DNA of 54,273 nucleotides from an uncultured Candidatus Saccharibacteria bacterium (GTDB lineage Bacteria; Patescibacteriota; Minisyncoccia; Phycocordibacterales; CAIZLB01): contig CAYQJB010000001.1 in the NCBI GenBank assembly GCA_964417855.1, forward strand, positions 358,709 through 412,981, given 5' to 3'. Below the pieces are notes generated by a model. The model worked only from the letters and a program-made list of their open reading frames with translations, did not search any database and was not told the origin of the DNA. A program made the position numbers and the translations under genes. Of this stretch, positions 28,749-38,722 are shown one piece after another. Each line of letters opens with the position of its first letter. Positions within the stretch are counted from its first letter, which is position 1.

Positions 28749-29954
28749 ATGTTTAAGATCAACAAAACAACAAAATACACAATTTTTGCATTAGCTGCAT
28801 TCGTAATGTTCACAGCAATGCCAATTACAGCTAAGGCTGGAGAGGATGATGGATATTATTATGGCTCAGGGTATGAAGATAGTTTTGCATGGGATAATAC
28901 TTCTTATAGTTCCGATCAATCAACTTCATATTATCCAAACTATGTAGACTATACTACACCGTCATACACATATTCAGAACCCTCAGTATCATACGTTCAA
29001 CCAACAACATATTATGATAATTCCTATTATCCATCATACTACTCAGATTATTCATACGGATATAGTTCAGGATGTTCATCATGTTCAACTGGAGGATATG
29101 TTTATACACCAGCACCTCAAATAGTTTACGTACCAAATACACCAGTAGTTCAACCTATAGTTACTCCAGTTTATAATAACTTAACTGCATCTTGTACTAT
29201 AAATCCAAATAATGTTTACCTAAATGATTCAGTTACACTTTCTGGAAATGCTGCCGGAGGTAATGGGTCATATTCATATTTTTGGTCAGGATCAGATGGT
29301 ATTTCAGGATCTTCACAAGTAATAACAGGTAGGTTTACAAGTATCGGATCAAAAACTGTTTCTCTAACAGTTACTTCAGGAAACCAATCGGTTACAAGAT
29401 CATGTAATGCATATGTAAACCAAAATACTAATTACAACTATAATAATAATTACAATTATAATAGTAATTATACAAATCTAACTGCAATATGTTCAGCGCT
29501 GCCAACAAATGCAAATGTTGGAGACAATGTTATATGGACAGTATACCCAAATGGTGGAAATGGTGCGTACACATATTCTTGGACAGGAACAGATAGTCTA
29601 AGTTATGGTAATGCATATCAAATTCAACAAAGATATACAACTCCTGGGACAAAGACTGCAAATGTTACTGTTTACACAAATAATGGCCAATCAGTTACAG
29701 TTTCATGTAATGTTAATGTAACTGGATCAGTAGTTGCAGGAACTCCAATTTCAGGAATTTATCTAAATGAAGTACCAGCGACTGGAATTGATTTCAACAT
29801 GAAGGTTGCTCTGTATGTTATTGGATTAACACTTTGGTCAGCCTTTGTAGGATTCATGCTAGTTTCAAAAAGAAAAACGAAGCTTGCTCTTGCAAACAGA
29901 TCAAAGATAGAAGACTTCAAACAAGAAAATCTTAGAAAGAAAGGATTACTGTAA
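28749..29954 (+). CDS. sortase-substrate surface protein with two PKD-like repeats and a VPATG sorting signal
   Basis: signal peptide; two about 85-aa repeats (Y-Y-WSGSDG / YTYSWTGTD) resembling PKD domains; C-terminal VPATG, hydrophobic stretch and KRKTK tail (tripartite cell-wall sorting signal). Confidence 0.7.
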   Translation: MFKINKTTKYTIFALAAFVMFTAMPITAKAGEDDGYYYGSGYEDSFAWDNTSYSSDQSTSYYPNYVDYTTPSYTYSEPSVSYVQPTTYYDNSYYPSYYSDYSYGYSSGCSSCSTGGYVYTPAPQIVYVPNTPVVQPIVTPVYNNLTASCTINPNNVYLNDSVTLSGNAAGGNGSYSYFWSGSDGISGSSQVITGRFTSIGSKTVSLTVTSGNQSVTRSCNAYVNQNTNYNYNNNYNYNSNYTNLTAICSALPTNANVGDNVIWTVYPNGGNGAYTYSWTGTDSLSYGNAYQIQQRYTTPGTKTANVTVYTNNGQSVTVSCNVNVTGSVVAGTPISGIYLNEVPATGIDFNMKVALYVIGLTLWSAFVGFMLVSKRKTKLALANRSKIEDFKQENLRKKGLL

Positions 29955-30034
29955 GATTAAAAGTCTGTCCGATTGGTAGGTTGGGGGAATGACCCATAGA
30001 AAAACTTTGACTTAAACATCTTACATAGAAAATA

Positions 30035-30066
30035 AAAATACCACGCAGTAATGTGTGGTATTTTTA
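30035..30066 (+). terminator. rho-independent terminator
   Basis: AAAATACCACGCA-gtaa-TGTGTGGTATTTT (13 bp with G-U, GUAA tetraloop) followed by TTTTATTTG. Confidence 0.7.
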
Positions 30067-30210
30067 TTTGTCTACCTGTACATAGGTAAAATAACGAGCT
30101 ATATAGTCTCAACTATAGATTTAAGGCTGTTGACTATATCCTCTATGGGTGTATTATTTTCCTGAATTCGCTCATTGAATCTGAAATAAAAACAAACAAT
30201 ATTCATTAAG

Positions 30211-30846
30211 ATGAAAAACATTTCATATAACCCATCTGTTTTTTTTATAGCTTCCTTCGTACTCGCTACGGGGGCAGTATTCATTGCTTTGCTTGTGTAT
30301 ATGATAAGGCTAAGTAATAGGTGTGCTCACTCTAGAAGAGCTGTTAAGTTTACCCTGGATCGTCTCAAGTCAGATAATAAGGAGGCTTACAACCTGGAAA
30401 TTTCAGGAGTAGGAAATTGGGGCGACTGGGATGCTAAAATTGTACAAATACAAGAGCTCATGGAAAAATCATTGCGTACAAATCTTCTTCTAGGTAAAGG
30501 GGGAGAAGCTTATACTGTTATGTGTATTTTTCAGGAACTTGAAAAGGAGAACTGTGGAAGTCTTATTGCGGATAGGCTCAGTCTTCAGCTTGCCTGGAGT
30601 GATGAAGATGACGAATCAACGCTCGCTTGGTTTAAAAAAGTTGTACAGTTCTATGTAGATACGGTTGCCTCAAAAGTAAGACATCACTCAAAGGTTGATG
30701 GTCCGGATGATGCTGGTGATAAGCCTATTGAATCTATATCAAAGAACCCGTCTTATATTCTCTACAATCACATATTGCATGGATTTAGATTTCTCATAGC
30801 AGATTGTCCCACGGGGGTACATGCCCTAGATGACAAGGGGGACTGA
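30211..30846 (+). CDS. hypothetical membrane-anchored orphan protein
   Basis: 211-aa ORF with an N-terminal TM helix; somewhat higher GC than neighbours; bracketed by strong terminators; TGA stop. Confidence 0.45.
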   Translation: MKNISYNPSVFFIASFVLATGAVFIALLVYMIRLSNRCAHSRRAVKFTLDRLKSDNKEAYNLEISGVGNWGDWDAKIVQIQELMEKSLRTNLLLGKGGEAYTVMCIFQELEKENCGSLIADRLSLQLAWSDEDDESTLAWFKKVVQFYVDTVASKVRHHSKVDGPDDAGDKPIESISKNPSYILYNHILHGFRFLIADCPTGVHALDDKGD

Positions 30847-30891
30847 TTGGATGTTCCAAGTTTTTATGATTATGAAACCACTATGTGGCAA

Positions 30892-30925
30892 AATACCCCG
30901 GGCGCGCTAGCGCGCCCGGGGTATT
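30892..30925. terminator. GC-only perfect palindrome / bidirectional terminator
   Basis: AAAT-ACCCCGGGCGCGC-TA-GCGCGCCCGGGGT-ATTT; 12 bp of pure G/C stem in an AT-rich genome; lies between convergent genes. Confidence 0.7.
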
Positions 30926-30976
30926 ATTCTGTCCTATTAATATCGTCGAAAAGCTACAGTGCAAATCCAATATAAA

Positions 30977-32776
30977 CTAGTCTAGTTTTCTATCAGATTT
31001 TTCTGTACTTATCTTTTCTATGAAAGCATCAACACTCATTTGTCCAAGTTTTGCATCATTTCTTCCTTCAACAGTTACTGCTTTTGCTTCAATTTCTTTA
31101 TCACCAATGACTAGTACATAAGGAATCTTTTCTGTTTTAGCATTTCTAATTTTCTTACCCAGACTTTCATTTGATTCATCAAGTTCAACTCGTATATCTG
31201 CTTTTTTAAGTGCGGTATAAACTTCTTTTGCATACTCAAATTGTCTCTCACCAATTGGAACAACTTTAACTTGAACAGGGGATATCCATACTGGAAATGA
31301 TCCAGCAAAGTGCTCAATCATAACTCCCAAAAATCTCTCAAGTGATCCAGCAATAGCACGATGAATAACCACTGGTGTTTCTTTTTCACCCTTCTCATTG
31401 ATGAAACTTAATTCAAATCTTTTTGGCATATTAAAGTCACATTGAATTGTTGCAAGTTGCCATTCACGACCAATCGCATCCTTAAACATAAAGTCTAATT
31501 TTGGTCCATAGAAAGCTGCCTCACCTTTACCTTCAAAGTATGGAAGTTTTTCTTCCTCACAAACTTGTCTAAGAGCTCCTTCTGCTGTATCCCAGATTTC
31601 ATCTCCACCTAGATAACTCTCTCTGTCAGTATCACCTCTAAGTGAAAGACGAACCTTGTATCCATCGATCATCCCCATTGTAATGTAGAAGCTTTTGATT
31701 ATTTCAACAATTGTTTTAACCTCTTGCTGAATTTGATTTGCTCTACAGAAAAGGTGTCCATCATCTTGTGTAATAGCGCGAACTCTAGTTAATCCACCCA
31801 ATTGTCCAGTCTTTTCATCTCTATAAACTGTTGCCGGTTCAAAGTATCTAATTGGCATATCCCTATATGAGAACTGATTATCAGCAAATAATTGCATGTG
31901 ATGAGGGCAGTTCATTGGCTTCATGTAAAAGTCTTCCTTACTTGTTCCACCGTGTACTGCAAACATATCTGCTAAGTAGTGAGCGCCGTGTCCTGATACT
32001 TCATATAATTCTGCCTTAGCAAGGTGTGGAGTCCAAACTCTGTCATATCCGTTATCTTTGTGAAGTTCCCAAAGATATTCTTCTACCATCTTTCTTAAAA
32101 TCATTCCTTTTGGTTGGAATAGAGGAAGACCTGAGCCAACAAGATCTGAAATTGTGAAAAGTTTTAATTCTTTTCCTAATTTTCTGTGATCACGTTTTTT
32201 TGCTTCTTCTTGTTGATTAAGAAAAATATCAAGTTCTGCTTTTGATGGAAATGCAAAACCGTAGACACGAGTTAACATTTTATTCTTTTCGTCTCCTCTC
32301 CAATAAGCACCAGCAATTTTATTCAATTTAAATGATAGTGGATCAATAGTTGAAAGATCTTTTGCGTGACCACCACGACAAAGGTCTGTAAACTTACCTG
32401 AAGTATAAAGTGTAATTTGCTCTCCTTTTTTGGCGATTTCTTCAATCAACTCTAGTTTGAAAGGATTACCTTTAAAAAATTCTCTGGCCTCTTCTGGTGT
32501 AACATCTTTGTGTGTAAATTCTCCTTTCCATGTTGGAAGAATTTCACGCATCTTATCCTCTATTGGTTGCAAGTCTTCATCTTTAATTGCTGTCTCAAAA
32601 TCCATATCATAGTAGAATCCATTTTCAATTGAGGGTCCCAAGGTAACTTTGGTTGTTGGATATAACTCTAGGGTGGCAGCCGCTAGAAGGTGAGAGAGGG
32701 AGTGTCTAATTGCCTCTATGGAATTATTATCTGCACCGTTTACGGCGCTGTTTTGAACATCGTTTATATCTTTCAT
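30977..32776 (-). CDS. thrS: threonine--tRNA ligase (short form)
   Basis: class II core and ThrRS zinc-site region (MNCPHHMQLF, FYGPKLDF); lacks the full N-terminal TGS extension. Confidence 0.9.
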   Translation of the reverse strand: MKDINDVQNSAVNGADNNSIEAIRHSLSHLLAAATLELYPTTKVTLGPSIENGFYYDMDFETAIKDEDLQPIEDKMREILPTWKGEFTHKDVTPEEAREFFKGNPFKLELIEEIAKKGEQITLYTSGKFTDLCRGGHAKDLSTIDPLSFKLNKIAGAYWRGDEKNKMLTRVYGFAFPSKAELDIFLNQQEEAKKRDHRKLGKELKLFTISDLVGSGLPLFQPKGMILRKMVEEYLWELHKDNGYDRVWTPHLAKAELYEVSGHGAHYLADMFAVHGGTSKEDFYMKPMNCPHHMQLFADNQFSYRDMPIRYFEPATVYRDEKTGQLGGLTRVRAITQDDGHLFCRANQIQQEVKTIVEIIKSFYITMGMIDGYKVRLSLRGDTDRESYLGGDEIWDTAEGALRQVCEEEKLPYFEGKGEAAFYGPKLDFMFKDAIGREWQLATIQCDFNMPKRFELSFINEKGEKETPVVIHRAIAGSLERFLGVMIEHFAGSFPVWISPVQVKVVPIGERQFEYAKEVYTALKKADIRVELDESNESLGKKIRNAKTEKIPYVLVIGDKEIEAKAVTVEGRNDAKLGQMSVDAFIEKISTEKSDRKLD

Positions 32777-32977
32777 AAGTTACAGAATAGCAGTATTTTG
32801 GGGAATTTGGAAGGGTTCCATTTTTGTTGCAACTCACCTTTATAATAACTATATTATGGATGCCTTATTGACATTACTACATAATAAATTCAGCTTTTCT
32901 TTAGGATTTATTTATTAAAATTTTAACTCTATTGTGTAGTATAGATAATATTAATGCCTCTACAGTCAAGAATAAAC

Positions 32978-33451
32978 ATGTACATTGATAGTGCTAATTT
33001 ACATAAATCCGCCAAAGGACTGGGTTTTGAAATCGACTATAAGAGATTAAGAATCTGGCTTAGCCAGAAATATAATATAAATAAATTTTACCTCTTTATT
33101 GGATACATGGAACAGAATCTGAAAACATATGAATATCTAAAGGGGTGCGGTTTTAATATAATATTCAAACATACATTATTTATTGGAAACAGTACAAAAG
33201 GTAATTGTGATGCTGAACTAGTTTTAAAAATAGTATCCGATTATTATGAGAAGTCTTTTAGTAAATGTTTCCTAATTACCGGCGACGGTGATTTTGGCTG
33301 TGTTGTGGAATTCCTACGAGACAGAGGTGTTTTTAGTGCACTAATTTCACCAGATGAAAGAAATTGCTCGTTTTTGCTTAAAAATAAAAATATTGAAATA
33401 ACATTTTTAAATCATCATTATTCTAAATTTTCTATAAAGTCCAAGTTGTAA
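32978..33451 (+). CDS. NYN-domain putative ribonuclease, paralog D
   Basis: MYIDSANL, GNCDAELV and LITGDGDF motifs; first ATG consistent with the NYN N-terminus is 32978. Confidence 0.7.
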   Translation: MYIDSANLHKSAKGLGFEIDYKRLRIWLSQKYNINKFYLFIGYMEQNLKTYEYLKGCGFNIIFKHTLFIGNSTKGNCDAELVLKIVSDYYEKSFSKCFLITGDGDFGCVVEFLRDRGVFSALISPDERNCSFLLKNKNIEITFLNHHYSKFSIKSKL

Positions 33452-33454
33452 AAA

Positions 33455-33506
33455 TAAAAAGGCCCTCGATGCAGACGCATCTGCATAAAGGTCCCTTTCT
33501 TCATAT
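33455..33506 (-). ncRNA. putative small RNA D, convergent with NYN gene D and reaching its stop codon
   Basis: minus-strand TTGACA (33537-33542), 18 nt, TATAAT (33513-33518); transcript contains AUGCAGA-ugcg-UCUGCAU hairpin and ends in a U-tract (plus-strand A-tract 33452-33462) next to the NYN stop at 33449-33451. Confidence 0.25.
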
Positions 33507-33641
33507 GCTCATATTATATAAAAAGGGAGGGTGTGTTGTCAAGCAAAAGCTTTGAAAAACTGGCGTTTTAGGGTAAGCTATAGACCTGTTGCTAAATACG
33601 TGTCACTAAATTCGCGATAAAAGGCATCCAGCTTACATTAT

Positions 33642-35099
33642 ATGGCTCAAAATGAAATAATAATTAGATTTGATAAAGTGTCTTTTGAATATGGACACAA
33701 TAAACCAATCCTTGAAGAGGCTAGTTTTTCTGTTGCCGGAGGTGCAAAAATAACTTTCATGGGCCAAAATGGTGCTGGTAAAACTACAATATTTAAGTTA
33801 ATAACTGGGGATTTTGCACCCGAGTCTGGAAATGTTCACATCGGACATGGTCTAACTATAGCAATTTCAAAACAGGTTATTCCAAAGGCTGATATGGAAT
33901 TGAATGTTAGAGAATATTTTGAAAAGTGTTTTGATAAGAAGGTTTATGACATTGATCCAAGGATTGAGGATATTTTAGAAGTTGTTAACCTACATGCTCC
34001 ACATGATAGAATTGTAAAATCTTTCTCAGGGGGTCAACAAGCTAGACTGCTATTGGCGTCTGCATTAATTCAAGATCCAGATATTCTTCTTTTGGATGAG
34101 CCTACAAACAACTTGGATAAGGAGGGAATCGCACATCTTACAAGTTTCATTAAAAATTATAAAAAAACAGTTATAGTTATCTCCCACGATGCTGATTTCT
34201 TAAATGCATTTACAGATGGAGTTTTGTACTTGGATATTTTTACAAGAAAAGTTGAACAATATGTTGGTGACTACTTTAGTCTTTTGAAAGAAATTAAAGC
34301 AAGAATCGAAAAAGAGAACAGAAAGAACGCCATGCTTGCAAAAGAGATTCAGGAAAATAAAGACAAGGCCAACTTCTTTGCAAACAAAGGAGGTCAAATG
34401 CGTCTTGTAGCAAAGCGTATGCGCGATAGAGCAGAGGAGCTTGAAGAAGAAAAGGTGGATACGAGAAGAGAAGATAAAACTATTAGACCTTTTATTATTC
34501 CATCACAACCTGATATTGCAGGAGAGCTTTTGCATATTAGTTCTTTTAAAACCTTTAATCCAAAGACTCACAAGGTTCAAGAAAGAAAAGTAAATATTGA
34601 ATTAAGAAAAAAACAACACATGCTTTTGGTTGGTCCTAATGGAATTGGAAAAAGTACACTTTTGGAGTCTCTTGCTTCAATGACAAATCCAGATGCAAAA
34701 ATTGCAGATGGTGTTCGTGTTGGATACTACAGACAAGACTTCTCTACATTGAACTTCTCAGATACTGTCTATGAATCTCTAAATGGTGTAATGCAAAAGA
34801 AGAGTGAAGAGGTACTTCGCTCTACTGCAGCTGGATTTTTAATTAATGGAGAAATGATGAAGACAAAGATCGAGTCTCTTTCTGAAGGTCAAAAAGGTTT
34901 AGTTGCTTTCTGTAGGCTTATGTTACAAGAGCCTGGTCTTCTTATTTTGGATGAGCCAACAAACCATATTAACTTTAGACACCTTCCTGTGATTGCAGCT
35001 GCTCTTGATAAGTATGAGGGTGCAATGATACTTGTTTCTCACGTTCCAGAATTTGTTAAGCAAATTAGAATTGATGAGATATTGAATTTGGAGAAGTAG
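33642..35099 (+). CDS. ABC-F family ATPase (tandem ABC domains, no TM domain)
   Basis: two Walker A sites (GQNGAGKTT, GPNGIGKST) and two signature motifs (LSGGQQ, LSEGQKG) with a charged linker. Confidence 0.8.
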   Translation: MAQNEIIIRFDKVSFEYGHNKPILEEASFSVAGGAKITFMGQNGAGKTTIFKLITGDFAPESGNVHIGHGLTIAISKQVIPKADMELNVREYFEKCFDKKVYDIDPRIEDILEVVNLHAPHDRIVKSFSGGQQARLLLASALIQDPDILLLDEPTNNLDKEGIAHLTSFIKNYKKTVIVISHDADFLNAFTDGVLYLDIFTRKVEQYVGDYFSLLKEIKARIEKENRKNAMLAKEIQENKDKANFFANKGGQMRLVAKRMRDRAEELEEEKVDTRREDKTIRPFIIPSQPDIAGELLHISSFKTFNPKTHKVQERKVNIELRKKQHMLLVGPNGIGKSTLLESLASMTNPDAKIADGVRVGYYRQDFSTLNFSDTVYESLNGVMQKKSEEVLRSTAAGFLINGEMMKTKIESLSEGQKGLVAFCRLMLQEPGLLILDEPTNHINFRHLPVIAAALDKYEGAMILVSHVPEFVKQIRIDEILNLEK

Positions 35100-35120
35100 T
35101 TGAAAATATCAAGTTACGGT

Positions 35121-38100
35121 TTAGTTCAGCTCCTTCACCGTATCTATAATAATAGAAGGTGTTCCATTTCTGTTGGAGGTTTTACCTTTTACAATTACAC
35201 ATTTTTCTTGCACTAAACTACTCTTTAGAAGTTCATAGGTTTTTGGGAATACCACAGCCTCAATCACTCCTGTAAAGTCTGCAATTCTCAGGAACATCAT
35301 TTTCACTGTAGGATCTTTTTTTGTTGCAATTTCTTTTGCATCTTCAATAATGCCGGCAATAATTACAGGCGTACCTTCATCGTCAAACTTTTTTTTGTTT
35401 TTATCGTATGGTTGTTTTCCACTCCATCCACTTCCTTTATTTGCGCTTTGTGATTTTTTTGCTTTCTCCGCAGCTAGTCTTTCTTTTTCTGCTTTTTCAG
35501 CTTTGAATGCATCACTCATCATTGCATCCAGTGCCTCCTGTGCGCTTCTTGCTTCAATCTCCAATCTTTCTTTTTCCTCTTCCTCGGCAATTATCTCCAG
35601 AACTTTAGCGATGTTCATTTCTCGCTTATCAAGTATTTCTCTATATTTATCAAGCGGATGGCCAGACAGATATAATCCAAGTAACTCTTTTTCCCATGCT
35701 AATTTTTCTGTTTGGGTAGCATGTCCAAGTTCTTGAAGTTTCAAATGTGGCCCGTACCCGCCAATTTTATTTCCTTCAGATTCTTTGGTTACCGTTTCAA
35801 ACATTGAAAATAATGACTCCTGATTCTCAGGTCTAGATTGTTGTTCCTTATTGTATTCAAGTAAGTCCTGTGTATTTGCAATCATTACTCCACGGTCGCC
35901 AAAAATATCCATCGCTCCAGACTTAACCAATGCTTCCAGAGATTTCTTGTTTAGATTTTTATTCTTAATTCTATTTAGAAAATCTTCAAGGGTTTTAAAT
36001 TTACCGCCACTTTTTCTTTCTTCAATAATTACATCGCCAATACCTTCACCAAAGTTTTTAATACTATATAGTCCAAATCTAATTGAGTCAGGAGTTTGAT
36101 TTCCATCACCGTCCATTCCACCACCTTTAATAACAGTAAAGTTTCCAAAACTCTCATTTATGTCAGGTGGAAGAGTTGGAATATTCATTCTTTTACACTC
36201 ATCGACGAAGGTTGAAATTTCAGCAACATCTCCACGTGCACCAGTTAGAATGGCTGCCATATAAATTGCAGGGAAGTTGGCCTTCATGTATGCCGTTTGA
36301 TATGCGAGTCTTCCATAACTTGCGGCATGAGCTTTATTGAATCCATAAGCTTGAAACGGTTCAAATAATTTCCAAAGTCTTTCAGCAAAACCTTTTGTCT
36401 GACCACGCTTAATAATACCTTCAGTTAATTTTATTTTCTGATTGGCCATTTCCTCTCTATTTTTCTTTCCAACAGCCTTTCTGAATTTATCAGCTTCAAG
36501 CCATGAATATCCAGCAAGCTCAATCGCAGAGAACAGCAAGTCATCCTGATAAACAATAAGACCAAAGGATTCTTTCAAATACTTCTCCATTCTTGGATCC
36601 TCATATTTTGTAAGGCGAGGGTCATTTTTTCTTCTAATGTATTCAGGAATAGTTTCCATTGGACCTGGACGATATAAAGCAACCATGGCGTTGATGTCAT
36701 GAATTGATGTAGGCTTCAATTCCTTTAGGAACCTTGTCATTCCGGATCCATTTAATTGGAATAGTCCAATTGTTTCTCCACGAGCAAGCATGTCAAAAGA
36801 TTTCTGATCATCCAGTGGAATGTTTTCTAGATCAACTTTTATTCCTTCAATTTTTTCCGCTAGTATAATTGCATCAGCAAGTTGTGAAAGATTTTTAATT
36901 CCAAGGAAGTCAAATTTCATAAGACCGGCATTGTTCTCATCAACAGAACGCATGTCGTACTGTGTAATAATTCTGTCTCCTCCTTTTGGATCAAGTTGTA
37001 AGGGTACAACATCGGTTAATGTAATAGGGGAGACCACAACTCCAGCGGCATGAACAGAAATGTGTCTAGCGTTTCCCTCAAGTCTCTGTGCCATGTCAAT
37101 TATTATTCTGACTTCACCGTCTCTTTTATAAAGCTCAGCAAGTTCTGGGGTTTCTAGGATTGCACGTTCAATTGTCATGGCAAAACCCTGTTGACCCATG
37201 GGAATTAGTTTTGATATTTTATCTCCTAATGTATATGGGTATCCAAGTGCGCGTGCAACATCTTTAACAGCACCGCGGGCCATCATCGTTCCAAATGTTC
37301 CAATTTGAGCAACTTTATCAGCACCGTATTTATCACGAGTATATCCAATCATTTGATCACGCCTATTGTCGGCAAAGTCCATGTCGATATCCGGTGCAGA
37401 AGGTCTCTCTGGGTTTAGAAATCTTTCAAATGGAAGTTTGTAGGCTAGGGGATCTACGTTTGTAATACCTGTTAAATATGTTGTTATGGAGCCAGCAACG
37501 GAACCTCTAATGTTAGTTAGAATTCCATTCTCATGAGCATATCTTAGAAGGTCCGCAACCACCAAGAAGTATGCCGAATATCCTTTTGTTTTAATAACCG
37601 AGAGTTCAAATTCTATTCTTTCTTTTGCTTCATCTGTCATTTCCAATCTTCTTCTTTTGATTCCTTCGTATGTTAAGTAACTAAGCTCATCATCAGCGGA
37701 TCTTCCTGATTCAACAACGTATTCTGGAAACAGCCATTTTCCTAATGTAATTTCTAGATTACATTTATCCATTATTTCTTTGCAATTTAAAATTGCTTCT
37801 GGTTCATCTTTAAATAGTTCATCAGCTTCTGCTTGATTGATGAAGGAAAAATCCGCCTCATCATCTCTGTTTCTTTCTCCAAATTGGTCTGCAATCTTCA
37901 TCAAGACATCACGAGTTTTACTGTCCTCCTTTTTTATATAGTAGGTGTCATGTGCTGCAACAAGTTTGATATTTTCTTGTCTTGCAAATTCAATAAGTTG
38001 ACGCATCTTTTCCTCATGACCCTCGATTTCTTCGTGATGAGTAATTTCAATATAGAAATCATCGCCAAAATGTTTTTTATAAAAATCTGCTGTTTCTTTT

Positions 38101-38609
38101 GCGTGTTCGCTATTGTGTCCAACTAGAGCTTGGGACAATTCACCGCTAAATGACGGCATAATGCAAACTAAGTTTTCCTTATATTTTTCTACAAGCTCGC
38201 GGTCAATTCTTGGTTTATAATAAAAACCCTCAAAGTTTGCTGCTGTTGTCAGTCTAATTAAATTTCTGTAACCGTCCTCATTTTTTGCGAGTAGTATAAG
38301 CCTACTTCTTTTGTTATCTATTCTTGGCTCTTTGTCATGTCTTGTTCTCGCTGCAACGAAAAAATCTACACCAATGATTGGCTTAATATTTGCGTCTTTA
38401 CATTTCTTGAAGAACTCAATAACCCCGTACATGTTTCCAGCATCGGTTAATGCAACGGCTGGCATATTATTTGCAACAGCAGCTTTAATTAGGTCTTTAA
38501 CTTTTGGTACCGCCTGAAGGAGACTGAAGTGTGAGTGATTATGAAGGTGAATGAATGGGTGCTTTGGTGTGTTGTCTTCTATTTTTGTTTCGATTTTTGC
38601 GTCTGCCAT
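35121..38609 (-). CDS. dnaE: DNA polymerase III alpha subunit
   Basis: N-terminal PHP domain (HLHNHSHFSLL), polymerase core, 1162 aa. Confidence 0.9.
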   Translation of the reverse strand: MADAKIETKIEDNTPKHPFIHLHNHSHFSLLQAVPKVKDLIKAAVANNMPAVALTDAGNMYGVIEFFKKCKDANIKPIIGVDFFVAARTRHDKEPRIDNKRSRLILLAKNEDGYRNLIRLTTAANFEGFYYKPRIDRELVEKYKENLVCIMPSFSGELSQALVGHNSEHAKETADFYKKHFGDDFYIEITHHEEIEGHEEKMRQLIEFARQENIKLVAAHDTYYIKKEDSKTRDVLMKIADQFGERNRDDEADFSFINQAEADELFKDEPEAILNCKEIMDKCNLEITLGKWLFPEYVVESGRSADDELSYLTYEGIKRRRLEMTDEAKERIEFELSVIKTKGYSAYFLVVADLLRYAHENGILTNIRGSVAGSITTYLTGITNVDPLAYKLPFERFLNPERPSAPDIDMDFADNRRDQMIGYTRDKYGADKVAQIGTFGTMMARGAVKDVARALGYPYTLGDKISKLIPMGQQGFAMTIERAILETPELAELYKRDGEVRIIIDMAQRLEGNARHISVHAAGVVVSPITLTDVVPLQLDPKGGDRIITQYDMRSVDENNAGLMKFDFLGIKNLSQLADAIILAEKIEGIKVDLENIPLDDQKSFDMLARGETIGLFQLNGSGMTRFLKELKPTSIHDINAMVALYRPGPMETIPEYIRRKNDPRLTKYEDPRMEKYLKESFGLIVYQDDLLFSAIELAGYSWLEADKFRKAVGKKNREEMANQKIKLTEGIIKRGQTKGFAERLWKLFEPFQAYGFNKAHAASYGRLAYQTAYMKANFPAIYMAAILTGARGDVAEISTFVDECKRMNIPTLPPDINESFGNFTVIKGGGMDGDGNQTPDSIRFGLYSIKNFGEGIGDVIIEERKSGGKFKTLEDFLNRIKNKNLNKKSLEALVKSGAMDIFGDRGVMIANTQDLLEYNKEQQSRPENQESLFSMFETVTKESEGNKIGGYGPHLKLQELGHATQTEKLAWEKELLGLYLSGHPLDKYREILDKREMNIAKVLEIIAEEEEKERLEIEARSAQEALDAMMSDAFKAEKAEKERLAAEKAKKSQSANKGSGWSGKQPYDKNKKKFDDEGTPVIIAGIIEDAKEIATKKDPTVKMMFLRIADFTGVIEAVVFPKTYELLKSSLVQEKCVIVKGKTSNRNGTPSIIIDTVKELN

Positions 38610-38722
38610 ATTATATATTTGTTTTACGTCGGTCAGGAGGTGTCCTAAGACTCGCCTCCGTTTGGTATGACGTTTTTTGTGTTTTTAAAGGTATCGAAGT
38701 AACATATGTAGTATAAGCTTTT

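Noticed and set aside
35350-38517. Plus-strand ORFs inside dnaE (35350-35736, 35851-36099, 36820-37053, 37833-38126, 38311-38517)
   Set aside because: They are antisense to a well-supported 1162-aa dnaE and have low-complexity translations.
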